A DNA stretch of 63,990 nt, the filler included. It is 7 parts of 7 records of this genome, joined end to end, with 100 filler letters (N's around TTAATTAATTAA, not from the genome) between each part and the next. Parts side by side here need not be neighbours in the genome. Positions count along the whole stretch, not along the records: positions 1 to 10,522 come from SRR20825010_1430; positions 10,623 to 23,316 come from SRR20825010_1431; 5 more parts are not named here. One strand, given 5' to 3'. Both the position numbers and the translations under genes were made by a program. Below the pieces are notes generated by a model. It saw only the letters and a program-made list of their open reading frames with translations. It was not told the origin of the DNA and did not search any database. Below, one piece after another: positions 10,141 to 19,174 of this stretch. Position 1 is the stretch's first letter; the number at the start of each line of letters is the position of its first letter.

Positions 10141-10522
10141 TTAAAGAGGAGGTTCGGGAAAACTTTTCTCCTGAGTAAACTTCTCCGCAACAGAGTCAAA
10201 GCTTAGACAAATATGCTGTAACCCATTGCTAATTAACAAATAAGGAGTTTTCAATTCCTTATGATACATACATGCTTGCTCTATCGTCTTTTGAGTCAAT
10301 TTTACTTTAGGAGCCTTGCACTCAATAAGTAAATACGGATTCCCATTTTTGTCCCAAACTACCAAATCAGTGCGTTTGAGCAGTTTGTTGTAAACTAACC
10401 CTTTTTCCAATGCCAATAGCCCTTTTGGGAATTTAAGCTTAGTGATCAGGAAGTTGATCCAGTGCTGACGAACCCATTCTTCGGGTGTCAATACGAGTTG
10501 TTTTTTGCGAAGTGAATCAAAT
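10141..10522 (-). CDS. Stand-alone type I restriction enzyme HsdR N-terminal domain protein, 5' truncated at contig end
   Basis: FDSLRKKQLVLTPEEWVRQ, RTDLVV, LIECKAP, ISNG motifs. Confidence 0.8.
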
Positions 10523-10622
10523 NNNNNNNNNNNNNNNNNNNNNNNNNNNNNNNNNNNNNNNNNNNNTTAATTAATTAANNNNNNNNNNNNNNNNNNNNNN
10601 NNNNNNNNNNNNNNNNNNNNNN
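10523..10622. other. Artificial contig spacer
   Basis: 44 N + TTAATTAATTAA + 44 N. Confidence 0.98.
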
Positions 10623-11009
10623 TGTATTTGCTGAAATATTGAAAGCTATATCCTCAATGCAAGCAGCTTTGAAAGTATAGTTACCAGAACTGGCAGTGGC
10701 TCCAAAACGATGAACCGCATTTTCAATACTAAAACAATCACGACCGTCAATCGACACCACAAGTTTATTGGCTGAAATAGTGAATGTAGCTTCAGTGCCA
10801 AGACTAACTGGTGAATCAGGTTCAGCATAAGTAAGTATAGTAACAAAAGTGCCGTGAAGATTCGTTGGTACGGTGGCAGCGGTTTCATCGGTACCTACAG
10901 TGGCCGTACATACTTCCCCTCCACAGTTATCTACTGTTGGCTTGTCATCTTCTCCGCAAGCGGAAAACAAGAACGTTGTAAATGCGAGAATCGCGAATAG
11001 CTTTTTCAT
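10623..11009 (-). CDS. Cys-containing lipoprotein of unknown function, 3' truncated
   Basis: MKKLFAILAFTTFLFSAC lipobox; four further Cys in the visible part. Confidence 0.75.
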
Positions 11010-11030
11010 AGTTGGATGTTTTTTACCTAT

Positions 11031-11102
11031 CAAAATTGAGTCAATTGGAGCTTAAAGAACATACAGTCTATGCGGTGTTTTTCACTCAGTGCCAGTACTG
11101 AT
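11031..11102 (-). promoter_or_regulatory. Regulated promoter 1: palindromic box CTCAGTGCCAGTACTGAT (11085-11102) plus -7-like element (minus strand CAATTTTG, 11031-11038)
   Basis: One of four copies with the same 54-bp offset between the box and the -7-like element. Confidence 0.7.
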
Positions 11103-11128
11103 GTGAAAGAATGAATTGTACTTTTAGT

Positions 11129-14023
11129 TTAGTTTCCATAATGGATAAATGGCGCCCAGTAATTAGCGCCCTTAAATTGATCCCCAAATTCGCCTATAAT
11201 AAACCTGCGTTTCATATCGTCTATGGCATCTGGGTAACTCATGCCTGTCTTATTTACCAGCTCATACATTCCTGCCATAAAATACATGGTAGAAAGGTCG
11301 TTAACAGCCCAAAGCGAGACTGCAGCGCCATTTGCACCTGCTAAGATTAACGATTGGGTTAAGCCCATAACCCCTTCACCTCCATAAATTTTACCCAAGC
11401 CTGTTTCGCAGGCCGAAAGCACTACCAAGTCAGCATTTAGCTTCAATGATGCAATTTCTGAAGTTGTGAGGTAACCATCTTCGTCATCTTTCTCATCCCT
11501 GAAGATACTCATGGCCACCCCAGATAGTTGAGGGATATCGGGAATAGCAAAACCATGAGTTGCCAAGTGTACTACCTTATAATTGGCCAATTCTCCTTCA
11601 TTAGAAAGCTTCTTTATAAAGGCTTCATCCATTTCTAGGCCCGTATATAAATCCGTTCCAGGTACTGTAGAAGCCATGATTTTTACTTCATTGAGTGTAC
11701 CAGGGAGGTAATTCATCTTACCAAAACCTAAGGCGGCATATACTTCTCTCTGTGAAAGCCCCTGAGCGGCATTTGTCAAAGCCAAAGCATTCATTTCTTG
11801 CATTCGTTCGACACTACGAGCGAGGTCAGCCTTCGTTGACATTTCATCATAAATGGCGCCTCCCATTGCTAACATGGGCTTTCTGGAGGAACCGTAGTTG
11901 CGGTCATCTATAATATCTGAGATACTAGCGGATTGGATATATCTAATCCCTTGTTTTTCTATGAGAAATTTACCCTCACCGTCTGTCAGTGCCTCGAATG
12001 GAATAAAATTCAAGAGGCCATCGGGTGAAATAATCAACTTCTTTTTACCTGAAATCAGGTTGGAAATTGGTGCAATTAGAAATTTGTAATAGTGATCCAA
12101 AAACTCTTTTCTGACGGGCGCGTGCTCAGGCTTATCACTCTGTAGTAATTCCCTTACCCACTCCCCCAGGGCCTCGAAGTCTTCCTGATTGAACAAATTA
12201 GCAATATCTTGCTCCACTAATATTCGGTCTCCGGATGTTCTGGCATTGGCCGGAAGCTTAAAGCCAGTCCGTTGCATATCAGCCACACGTTCCGTATCAA
12301 TGTACTTTTGTTTGAGTGCGACAAATTCCTTAAAAAACTCATTGAGTACCGCATAACTTTTGTCCTTAGTCACAACATTAATAGCTACAGCTCCCGGCTC
12401 TGCCAAGGTATAGAAAAGCGCCACTTCATTGTCCTTTAATTTTGATTGAAAGCGTTGCAAAGTGGTTTTCCTTGAATTATTCTTGAGTTTCAAACGGTCT
12501 GTTAACACCCTCGCACGCTGCTTACCAATGGCGTCAAACATGCCTGCTCCATTGCCTGTTCTAGCGTAACTGTAGGTCAGGAATTCATAAGCACTTAGCT
12601 GAGATTGCAGAAACGTTATGCGGTTTTGTCCATCCAACTCAACCATTTGCTCCTCACTGATTGCAATTGCTCTTTCAAAGTAGGGGACGGCCTTCGCATA
12701 TTCCTCCGAAAAGAAATTCATAGTACCCATATTGTTCAGGTTGATAATGGCATCTTGATTGCGACCACTTGCTATTAAACTATTTATCAGCGTTTCATAA
12801 GTGGATATTGCCTTACCCCTGTCTCCCGATTGCCAATAGGTTATGGCTAAGTTTCCCTGAACAGATTCAGCCAGCCAAGTAAATCCGTTTTGAGTAGCCA
12901 TATTATTGGCCTTTTCTAAGTTTGTTTTAGCCGAAGCCCTGCTGGCAGGATCTGTGGAAACTAGGTATGAGGTACCAATGCTATTGTAGGCTTGAGCCAT
13001 TATGTAGTTATCCTGTTGTCTCTGACCCAGCTGAAGAATTTCATTAGCTACAGCCCTTTGTTCAGTACTTTTACCTTGAGCATTTAAGACATTCGCTTTT
13101 CTGAGTAACAGCTCGCCATGGAGATAAGTACCAATAAGATTTTGGCTTGATGGCAAAGTCCTGTCAATTACCTCTTGCGCTCTATCGTAATTTCCTATGT
13201 AATAGAGGTAATCTGAATAATAATAGCCCACAGTTGTCTTCACATAACTGCCTATAGAGGCATCATTAACAATATTCAAATAAGAATTATTAAGCAACTG
13301 CGCTCCTTCCTCCACCAAACCATTGTAGTAAAGTGTGGCACCAATCTCTGCCTGCCATTTATGGATAGTGTTATTAGGTTTTGGGCTGATTTTACTTAAT
13401 CCATCAAGGGCCTTGTTAAATGAGTTTAACGACTGTGTATTATCACCATTTCTGGCATGCTCAGAGGCTTTCAAATAGGATTGAAGTGCATTTGTAAAAT
13501 TATCATTATCCACTTTCACACTTGGCAGCCAAGCCTTTAATTCACTGAAAGCATCCGTCTTTTTACCAAACTGAATGAAGGTATCCCAAGCATCATTAAT
13601 GTCCTTAATATCTTCTTCTAGTTCCTGATACTTAAGAGCGCTCTGAACTAATGCTTTGGCTTCATCCGTCTTCCCTTCCAAAACCTTCAGGTTGGCACGC
13701 ATAAATATAGGGTATAGCGTAGTTTCTCCCATGTCCACAATTTGTTCAAGGTAGCTCTTGGCCTTTCCTAAGTCATCTTTCAACATATAGTTGAATGCGT
13801 ACATGGCATACACATTTTCGATATAACTATTCATTTGCATGACCTCATCGAGCAACTGAATAGACTGACTCGTTTGGTTCTGTTTTACCAGTTCATAAGC
13901 CTTGAGGTATTTGGCATTGAGATCATCCTGCGCTTTTAGCGGAGGTGAAAAAATTACGCATAGCAAGCATGCCAGAATTGCAATTCTTCTTTGAAGTCGT
14001 GACGAAATAATGAACATATTCAT
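11129..14023 (-). CDS. Exported TPR-repeat plus CHAT-domain (caspase-like clan CD) protease
   Basis: Signal peptide ending PLKA|QD; TPR helices (AQAYNSIG, INLNNMG); PDGLLNFIPFEAL, HLATHG, LSACETG, SLWAVND, YWAPF motifs, with intact His/Cys dyad. Confidence 0.9.
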   Translation of the reverse strand: MNMFIISSRLQRRIAILACLLCVIFSPPLKAQDDLNAKYLKAYELVKQNQTSQSIQLLDEVMQMNSYIENVYAMYAFNYMLKDDLGKAKSYLEQIVDMGETTLYPIFMRANLKVLEGKTDEAKALVQSALKYQELEEDIKDINDAWDTFIQFGKKTDAFSELKAWLPSVKVDNDNFTNALQSYLKASEHARNGDNTQSLNSFNKALDGLSKISPKPNNTIHKWQAEIGATLYYNGLVEEGAQLLNNSYLNIVNDASIGSYVKTTVGYYYSDYLYYIGNYDRAQEVIDRTLPSSQNLIGTYLHGELLLRKANVLNAQGKSTEQRAVANEILQLGQRQQDNYIMAQAYNSIGTSYLVSTDPASRASAKTNLEKANNMATQNGFTWLAESVQGNLAITYWQSGDRGKAISTYETLINSLIASGRNQDAIINLNNMGTMNFFSEEYAKAVPYFERAIAISEEQMVELDGQNRITFLQSQLSAYEFLTYSYARTGNGAGMFDAIGKQRARVLTDRLKLKNNSRKTTLQRFQSKLKDNEVALFYTLAEPGAVAINVVTKDKSYAVLNEFFKEFVALKQKYIDTERVADMQRTGFKLPANARTSGDRILVEQDIANLFNQEDFEALGEWVRELLQSDKPEHAPVRKEFLDHYYKFLIAPISNLISGKKKLIISPDGLLNFIPFEALTDGEGKFLIEKQGIRYIQSASISDIIDDRNYGSSRKPMLAMGGAIYDEMSTKADLARSVERMQEMNALALTNAAQGLSQREVYAALGFGKMNYLPGTLNEVKIMASTVPGTDLYTGLEMDEAFIKKLSNEGELANYKVVHLATHGFAIPDIPQLSGVAMSIFRDEKDDEDGYLTTSEIASLKLNADLVVLSACETGLGKIYGGEGVMGLTQSLILAGANGAAVSLWAVNDLSTMYFMAGMYELVNKTGMSYPDAIDDMKRRFIIGEFGDQFKGANYWAPFIHYGN

Positions 14024-14060
14024 GGCCTGATGCTTTTATGGTTAAACCGAAATCGGTGTT

Positions 14061-14735
14061 TTATTTACCTCCCTTACCTTTTGAAAGCCCTAGGTCTTTA
14101 TACATCTTATCTAATGCGCTATTTGCAATATCACTTACTTTTTTATCGTCATATATATTGATTTCATCCACCATTACTGTTGTTCTTGGGCTCGTTTTAA
14201 TGGCTATAAGGTCACCAAAGGTTTTAAGCTTAGCGGAATAAATTTGTTCACCATTAATCTCAAAGCTGAATTTCTTACCCTCCTTAATGACCAATAAATC
14301 ATTGTATTCGAATTTCTTAACCACACCTTTTGTCTTTCCACTAGAAAGCTTTTTCATTTTTTTGTCATACTTATAAACTCCATAAAACCCGGTGTTATCA
14401 TATAGGAGTGAATAGTAGCTTTTACCATCCTCACTCATTCCAAAACGGATTCCTATAAACCCTTCAGCATCTCCTTTTTCAAGAATCATCTTAGCGGATA
14501 ATCCATAATCTTCTTTATTTACATCGGGGTTAATAAAGGTTTGAACTGCAACATCTGAAGTGCTTTCGATTCTTAAATGACCATTCTGAATGGCGAGAGA
14601 ATAGCCCTCATGATTACCCAAAAAAGGCCAGCCGTTTTTATTGTCATCAAACTTCTCGTTGAAGAAATTGATTTGAGCAGAAAGGCCAGTAGTGACCAAC
14701 AATGCCATTAAGAGTACTAAAATTCTGTTTTTCAT
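14061..14735 (-). CDS. Exported hypothetical protein, probable lectin-like (ConA/DUF1080-like) beta-sandwich
   Basis: Signal peptide LSA|Q; FNEKFDDNKNGW and beta-strand pattern (YNDLLVIKEGKKFSFEING). Fold is inferred. Confidence 0.6.
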   Translation of the reverse strand: MKNRILVLLMALLVTTGLSAQINFFNEKFDDNKNGWPFLGNHEGYSLAIQNGHLRIESTSDVAVQTFINPDVNKEDYGLSAKMILEKGDAEGFIGIRFGMSEDGKSYYSLLYDNTGFYGVYKYDKKMKKLSSGKTKGVVKKFEYNDLLVIKEGKKFSFEINGEQIYSAKLKTFGDLIAIKTSPRTTVMVDEINIYDDKKVSDIANSALDKMYKDLGLSKGKGGK

Positions 14736-14757
14736 AGTTCCTATTTAAAGTGTTTTT

Positions 14758-16326
14758 CTAATTGCTGGTGCGAATTATATTGCCAAAGGCATTGATCACC
14801 AACTTGTATGAATCAAGGGAATTTCCGTTTTGCTGACTCGCACTGATCACCGTAGTGCTTCCCTCCTTTTTTACATTAAATTCAATTTTATTGGTAACAG
14901 CTCCTCTGCTTTTTTGCGTTACTCCAATATTCTCTGTCCGTCTATGCGTTCCGTCTGTTCCAAAAACCGATACTTTGAACCAAGAAACCTCAGACCCGTT
15001 TACGGCTCCTCTCCACATGCTAAGTAGTATTAGATCACCATTTTGGGTTTGGCCTACCTCCCCAATAGCGCTCAGGTTTCCATTATTTCCCGAAATTTCA
15101 GAAGCACCATCTAAACCATCGATTGCTCTGCCTTGAAGCGAATTATAATCCAGTGCCCATGGCAGCCTAAGTAAATTATAGCTATTCAATAAATTACTAT
15201 TGTAAACTGGACGTACAGGAGCTGAAGGCTTTGAACTAGGCTCAACGGCACCTTTTGGAGGGAATAGATTTAAATCATCAGTAACTTCATTGCTCCTTAA
15301 ATCCACCAATAGCATATTGGAATCCCTTATCTGTTTGGTAGGAACTGCCGCAATGTTCACTTCCGAAATCAGTTCATACCTGTATTCCTCCCCTTTCATC
15401 AATCCATTAATGGATGAAAAAGACCAAGAAGCGTCCAGGATAAATTGATCTCCTTCCCTCTTTAATCGACTGACAACACGGTTTACAGGGTCGACAGAAT
15501 AGAGTAAACCACCAATGAATTTATAGTCCATTTTAGGTTTGTTTTCATCACCTAAAAAAATAAGTTCATTATTTTCTGCGTCATAGTAATAGTCATTTCT
15601 TTCTGGAAAAGTAGGTCTGAATCTACTAATCACAGCTCTTGGTCCATCTATTGTAGACAGCTCCGTCCTGCTATAATTAAAACTTGGCAACTCAGGTACT
15701 GCGTTCATTTTCTTTGCATTCAGTAAATCATAAATCTCAAAACCATCTTCATATTTCCATAAAAAATGGTAATCAGGACTGAACTGATGAGCCTTTTCCA
15801 AATATTCACCTAAGTCCACTTTCTCACTCATAATTTGTGTGATTCTTCTAGAACTCGGGTCATAAATATATAGGCCAGATTGTGATTTTATTGCTGGGTA
15901 TTTTTTCTCAATTTTCACCTTGGTGGCAAGGATTCTTCCGTCATCATAAACCCCAATAATAAAGTGGTCTTCACCCAAGTTTTTTACGCTACTTGACTCT
16001 ACCTGAACAACCGCACTCACAAAATGATAAGCATTATTCCCCTTCAGTATTCTACTAAAAGCCATGTAAGCGAATGCCCCAGAGAAACCGCCATAAATGC
16101 TGTTTTTGGCAACGAAAGTGGAGTTTCGGGTATAGGAATCATAGACAACTATATTCTGATGTTGCCCATCAGATGTGCTTAAAGGCCCGTCCGCCAGGAT
16201 TAAGTACCTGCCATCTGTAGTCGTTTTAAAGTGTCGTATCCATCCTTCGAAGGCAATTTTCTGGGCAGAAATTTGAAAAATAGTTAGCCCAAAGAGCAAG
16301 AATGTAATGAGATAGCGGTTTTTCAT
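14758..16326 (-). CDS. Exported hypothetical protein, beta-rich (possible beta-propeller plus C-terminal domain); paralog of 17415..19049
   Basis: Signal peptide ISA|Q; shares collinear motifs with the 17415..19049 product. Confidence 0.75.
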   Translation of the reverse strand: MKNRYLITFLLFGLTIFQISAQKIAFEGWIRHFKTTTDGRYLILADGPLSTSDGQHQNIVVYDSYTRNSTFVAKNSIYGGFSGAFAYMAFSRILKGNNAYHFVSAVVQVESSSVKNLGEDHFIIGVYDDGRILATKVKIEKKYPAIKSQSGLYIYDPSSRRITQIMSEKVDLGEYLEKAHQFSPDYHFLWKYEDGFEIYDLLNAKKMNAVPELPSFNYSRTELSTIDGPRAVISRFRPTFPERNDYYYDAENNELIFLGDENKPKMDYKFIGGLLYSVDPVNRVVSRLKREGDQFILDASWSFSSINGLMKGEEYRYELISEVNIAAVPTKQIRDSNMLLVDLRSNEVTDDLNLFPPKGAVEPSSKPSAPVRPVYNSNLLNSYNLLRLPWALDYNSLQGRAIDGLDGASEISGNNGNLSAIGEVGQTQNGDLILLSMWRGAVNGSEVSWFKVSVFGTDGTHRRTENIGVTQKSRGAVTNKIEFNVKKEGSTTVISASQQNGNSLDSYKLVINAFGNIIRTSN

Positions 16327-16345
16327 GATTTGGAATCTTATGAAG

Positions 16346-16417
16346 TAAAACTAGGGCAAAAGAAAAGGTCAGAGCATGCCTAAAAACCCTTGTTTTCATA
16401 TCCGTACTAGCGCGTAC
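16346..16417 (-). promoter_or_regulatory. Regulated promoter 2: box ATCCGTACTAGCGCGTAC (16400-16417) plus -7-like element (minus strand TAGTTTTA, 16346-16353)
   Basis: Same 54-bp offset; the second half of the box is more degenerate. Confidence 0.62.
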
Positions 16418-16583
16418 TAGCATATAGTTTAAACCACCAAAAACTACTTGCAATACCTCATTCAACAATTGAATCGAAGCGCTGATTTTATCATCTTGTT
16501 TAAGCTTACCCTGTGCAAAACCTGAGCTAGAAACAGAAGTATAAACGTCAGTACAATTGCCTGAAACTGCACTAGTAGATTCT

Positions 16584-17399
16584 TTATTTCCTCATCCTAT
16601 CCATGTAAAAAAAATCGGGTAATATGATGTGTCCTGCTATATCGAATTCCTTCACAATGTTAAAGACAATATTTCGGTTGGCTTTTGGGAAAAGTGCTGT
16701 ATCTCTATTATAAAAAGTGATTTGAATTTTGTCCAAAAACACCTTGAACCGTTTAAGATTCTCCTCATATTCTTCCGTCCCAGCTCTCTTAATTTCAAGT
16801 AACGTGTACTTCATAAAAGCAATAGCTAGCTCATTCTGCTGCACGCTACCATAGTAGTATACCAACCAGTTGTTGATGTTGTTTGAATCAATAAAACTCA
16901 AATGCATGTGTTGCAGAGAAGTGATGGAAACACCGTTGTCAGAAAAATCAGAGATTGCATGTTTAGCATCTTCTTCTGCATTAAATGTAACTGTCACAGG
17001 ATAGTCTTTACTTCCTATTTGAGTTGAATAAACAGTCAGGGTCTTATCATTATTAATCGCATCCAGAAGTGCCTTCTCTTCCATAGAAATTTCACCATCA
17101 GCGTTGATAATATTAAGAATGACTAAAGCTGTATTCGCCACAACCCTTCCATCTTTTGATCGCATCGACTTACAGAAATTGTAATACCTGACCTCGTCCA
17201 CCGTAATGGTATCTGGCAGGTTTCCTTCCAAAGTCAGTTTGATCACTTTTGATGGAAATTGCTGCTTGGCGTAGTCACTTTCCAACATTTGTTTCACCTG
17301 CTCATAAACCTCCTGTGTTTTTCCAGAGAATTGTGCCTGAGATCTAATGCTCAAACATAAAAGAGACAGACTGAGTAGCGCTAAAGTTATTGACTTCAT
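16584..17399 (-). CDS. Exported hypothetical protein
   Basis: Signal peptide SQA|Q; mostly helical; INADGEISMEEKALL segment resembles TerB/EF-hand-type loops. Confidence 0.7.
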   Translation of the reverse strand: MKSITLALLSLSLLCLSIRSQAQFSGKTQEVYEQVKQMLESDYAKQQFPSKVIKLTLEGNLPDTITVDEVRYYNFCKSMRSKDGRVVANTALVILNIINADGEISMEEKALLDAINNDKTLTVYSTQIGSKDYPVTVTFNAEEDAKHAISDFSDNGVSITSLQHMHLSFIDSNNINNWLVYYYGSVQQNELAIAFMKYTLLEIKRAGTEEYEENLKRFKVFLDKIQITFYNRDTALFPKANRNIVFNIVKEFDIAGHIILPDFFYMDRMRK

Positions 17400-17414
17400 C
17401 GTTTATAAATTTCG

Positions 17415-19049
17415 TTAATGAATATTCCCACTTGGCTCTATGGTAATTTTAAAAGGGGTCTTCCTTTGTTCAAATTGTTGCTCTCCAATGATAGTGAAGG
17501 TATTGTAAGCCTCACGCTGAATTTTAAAATTGACGGCTGCATAGGTTCTTCCTGCACTGCTTTGCTGTACACTGCCTATCTCTTTACTAGCTTTGTAATT
17601 TCCTTCTTTATCGAAAACTGAAACATAATATGTAGAAACTACTGAACCGTTGGATGCCTTATATCGAGTAAGTGACAGTAATATTGGAGCGTCAGAAGCA
17701 CCAGCCGCTACACCAATCATTCCAATTGCAAAGACCTCACCTCCTCCAATACTCGAAGCACCCGAAAGGCCTGTCACCTGCCTGCCAGAAGGGTTGTTTA
17801 GGGTATAAGGTATAGATATCTCATCATAGCTATTCAATAGGTCGCTTTTATAAAGTGTTTTGGTAGAATAACTTGAGGATGCCTTCTTGGGCTTGTCTTT
17901 CTGATAGAGTGCAAAATTGTCCACAACTGCATTATTTTCAAGGTCATAGATTATGACATCAGCCACTTCACCTGTTCTTTTGGTGGGCGTGGCCACGAGG
18001 TACTTTTCAGAGGCAATGGCAAATCTATATTCTTCTCCATTCAGCATGGCTTCAGGGATTTTCGGATACCATACTTTATCACTCACCGGTAACCCCGAAC
18101 TTGTATTGAACCTCATAATCACTCCAACCTCATTATCGAACTGATAGATTATGTTATCCTGCATTTGATAGTGTACCGGAGTCTTATGTGTGATATGATT
18201 TGACATGGCCAGTGTTTTATCTGAATCTGCACGAATAAAATAGTCTTGCCATTGGCCCTTGTTCTTTCTACTAGTTACGCGCATCATAGCCGATTTTCCA
18301 TCGACCATAAGTACAAGTCTTTCAGGTGAGCTAGTAGTATCATCTGCGAAGCGAATATTAAACGCTTGTTTACTCCCATCTCGGAAATCATAATAATTCA
18401 AAAATTCGGTGTAGTATTTACTATAAAGTTCTCCACCCCAAGAAGAAAGATTATCTGGACTCATTAAATGAAAAAACTTCTGCTCAGCGTCTATTCCATG
18501 ATCTTTACTATAGAGTTCCTTTTCTAACAGCTCTTTTTTTCCTACTACTTCTCTTTTCCCTTTAGTCTGTGGATCGTATATGTATAATGTTGAAAAACTA
18601 TCAACACTTGCACCGCCTTTGTAGGTCTTCGCGTTTGAAGCCAAGACTTTTCCGTCATCATATACCGCCAATCCAAAATTTTCATTCTTCCATGATTGTT
18701 TTTCATCCGTAGCCATATTTAAGAGCGTGACTTCATAAGGCCCTCTTTTCCTATCCACATAGCTCAGCTCAGTTTCTATAAAATAGTTAGCATTGGGAGA
18801 GAACCCACCATATGGCCCAGTTCGAGAAAAGAAGTTGATTGACTTTGATTCGAAATCGTAGGTCAAATAATCACGCCAACTTGACCCCAGTGCTGTGTTG
18901 CTCCATTTTTTTGATTTGATAATGAGCTTTTTTCCGTCCAATGTAGTTTTAACAGAACGCACATCTTTCTCGAAGTCAACCTTAGCCCTATCCTGAGCAA
19001 GTGATAGGTGGGACAGTATGATCAGTAGGAAAAAAACAAAGTATCTCAT
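17415..19049 (-). CDS. Exported hypothetical protein; paralog of 14758..16326
   Basis: Start placed at MRYFVFF (19049) because the upstream ATG at 19070 abuts the -7-like element. Signal peptide SLA|Q. Confidence 0.75.
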   Translation of the reverse strand: MRYFVFFLLIILSHLSLAQDRAKVDFEKDVRSVKTTLDGKKLIIKSKKWSNTALGSSWRDYLTYDFESKSINFFSRTGPYGGFSPNANYFIETELSYVDRKRGPYEVTLLNMATDEKQSWKNENFGLAVYDDGKVLASNAKTYKGGASVDSFSTLYIYDPQTKGKREVVGKKELLEKELYSKDHGIDAEQKFFHLMSPDNLSSWGGELYSKYYTEFLNYYDFRDGSKQAFNIRFADDTTSSPERLVLMVDGKSAMMRVTSRKNKGQWQDYFIRADSDKTLAMSNHITHKTPVHYQMQDNIIYQFDNEVGVIMRFNTSSGLPVSDKVWYPKIPEAMLNGEEYRFAIASEKYLVATPTKRTGEVADVIIYDLENNAVVDNFALYQKDKPKKASSSYSTKTLYKSDLLNSYDEISIPYTLNNPSGRQVTGLSGASSIGGGEVFAIGMIGVAAGASDAPILLSLTRYKASNGSVVSTYYVSVFDKEGNYKASKEIGSVQQSSAGRTYAAVNFKIQREAYNTFTIIGEQQFEQRKTPFKITIEPSGNIH

Positions 19050-19069
19050 AGAACTAGATTTTTGTTCCA

Positions 19070-19141
19070 TAAAGTTGCACCTACTAAATTGAGTAAAACA
19101 TGGTGGATGGCTAGGGTTTTTATATCCGTGTTGGCACTGAT
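19070..19141 (-). promoter_or_regulatory. Regulated promoter 3: box ATCCGTGTTGGCACTGAT (19124-19141) plus -7-like element (minus strand CAACTTTA, 19070-19077)
   Basis: Same 54-bp offset. Confidence 0.7.
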
Positions 19142-19174
19142 GTATATTTCAGTAACCCAGTTTAAATTGCTTTA

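Noticed and set aside
10141-10522. HsdR N-terminal domain gene as a restriction or defence system
   Set aside because: Short stand-alone domain that ends without helicase motifs; no hsdM/hsdS on the contig.
11129-14023. CHAT gene as part of a Craspase or gasdermin anti-phage system
   Set aside because: No cas genes, array or gasdermin-like ORF is visible, and the protein has an export signal.
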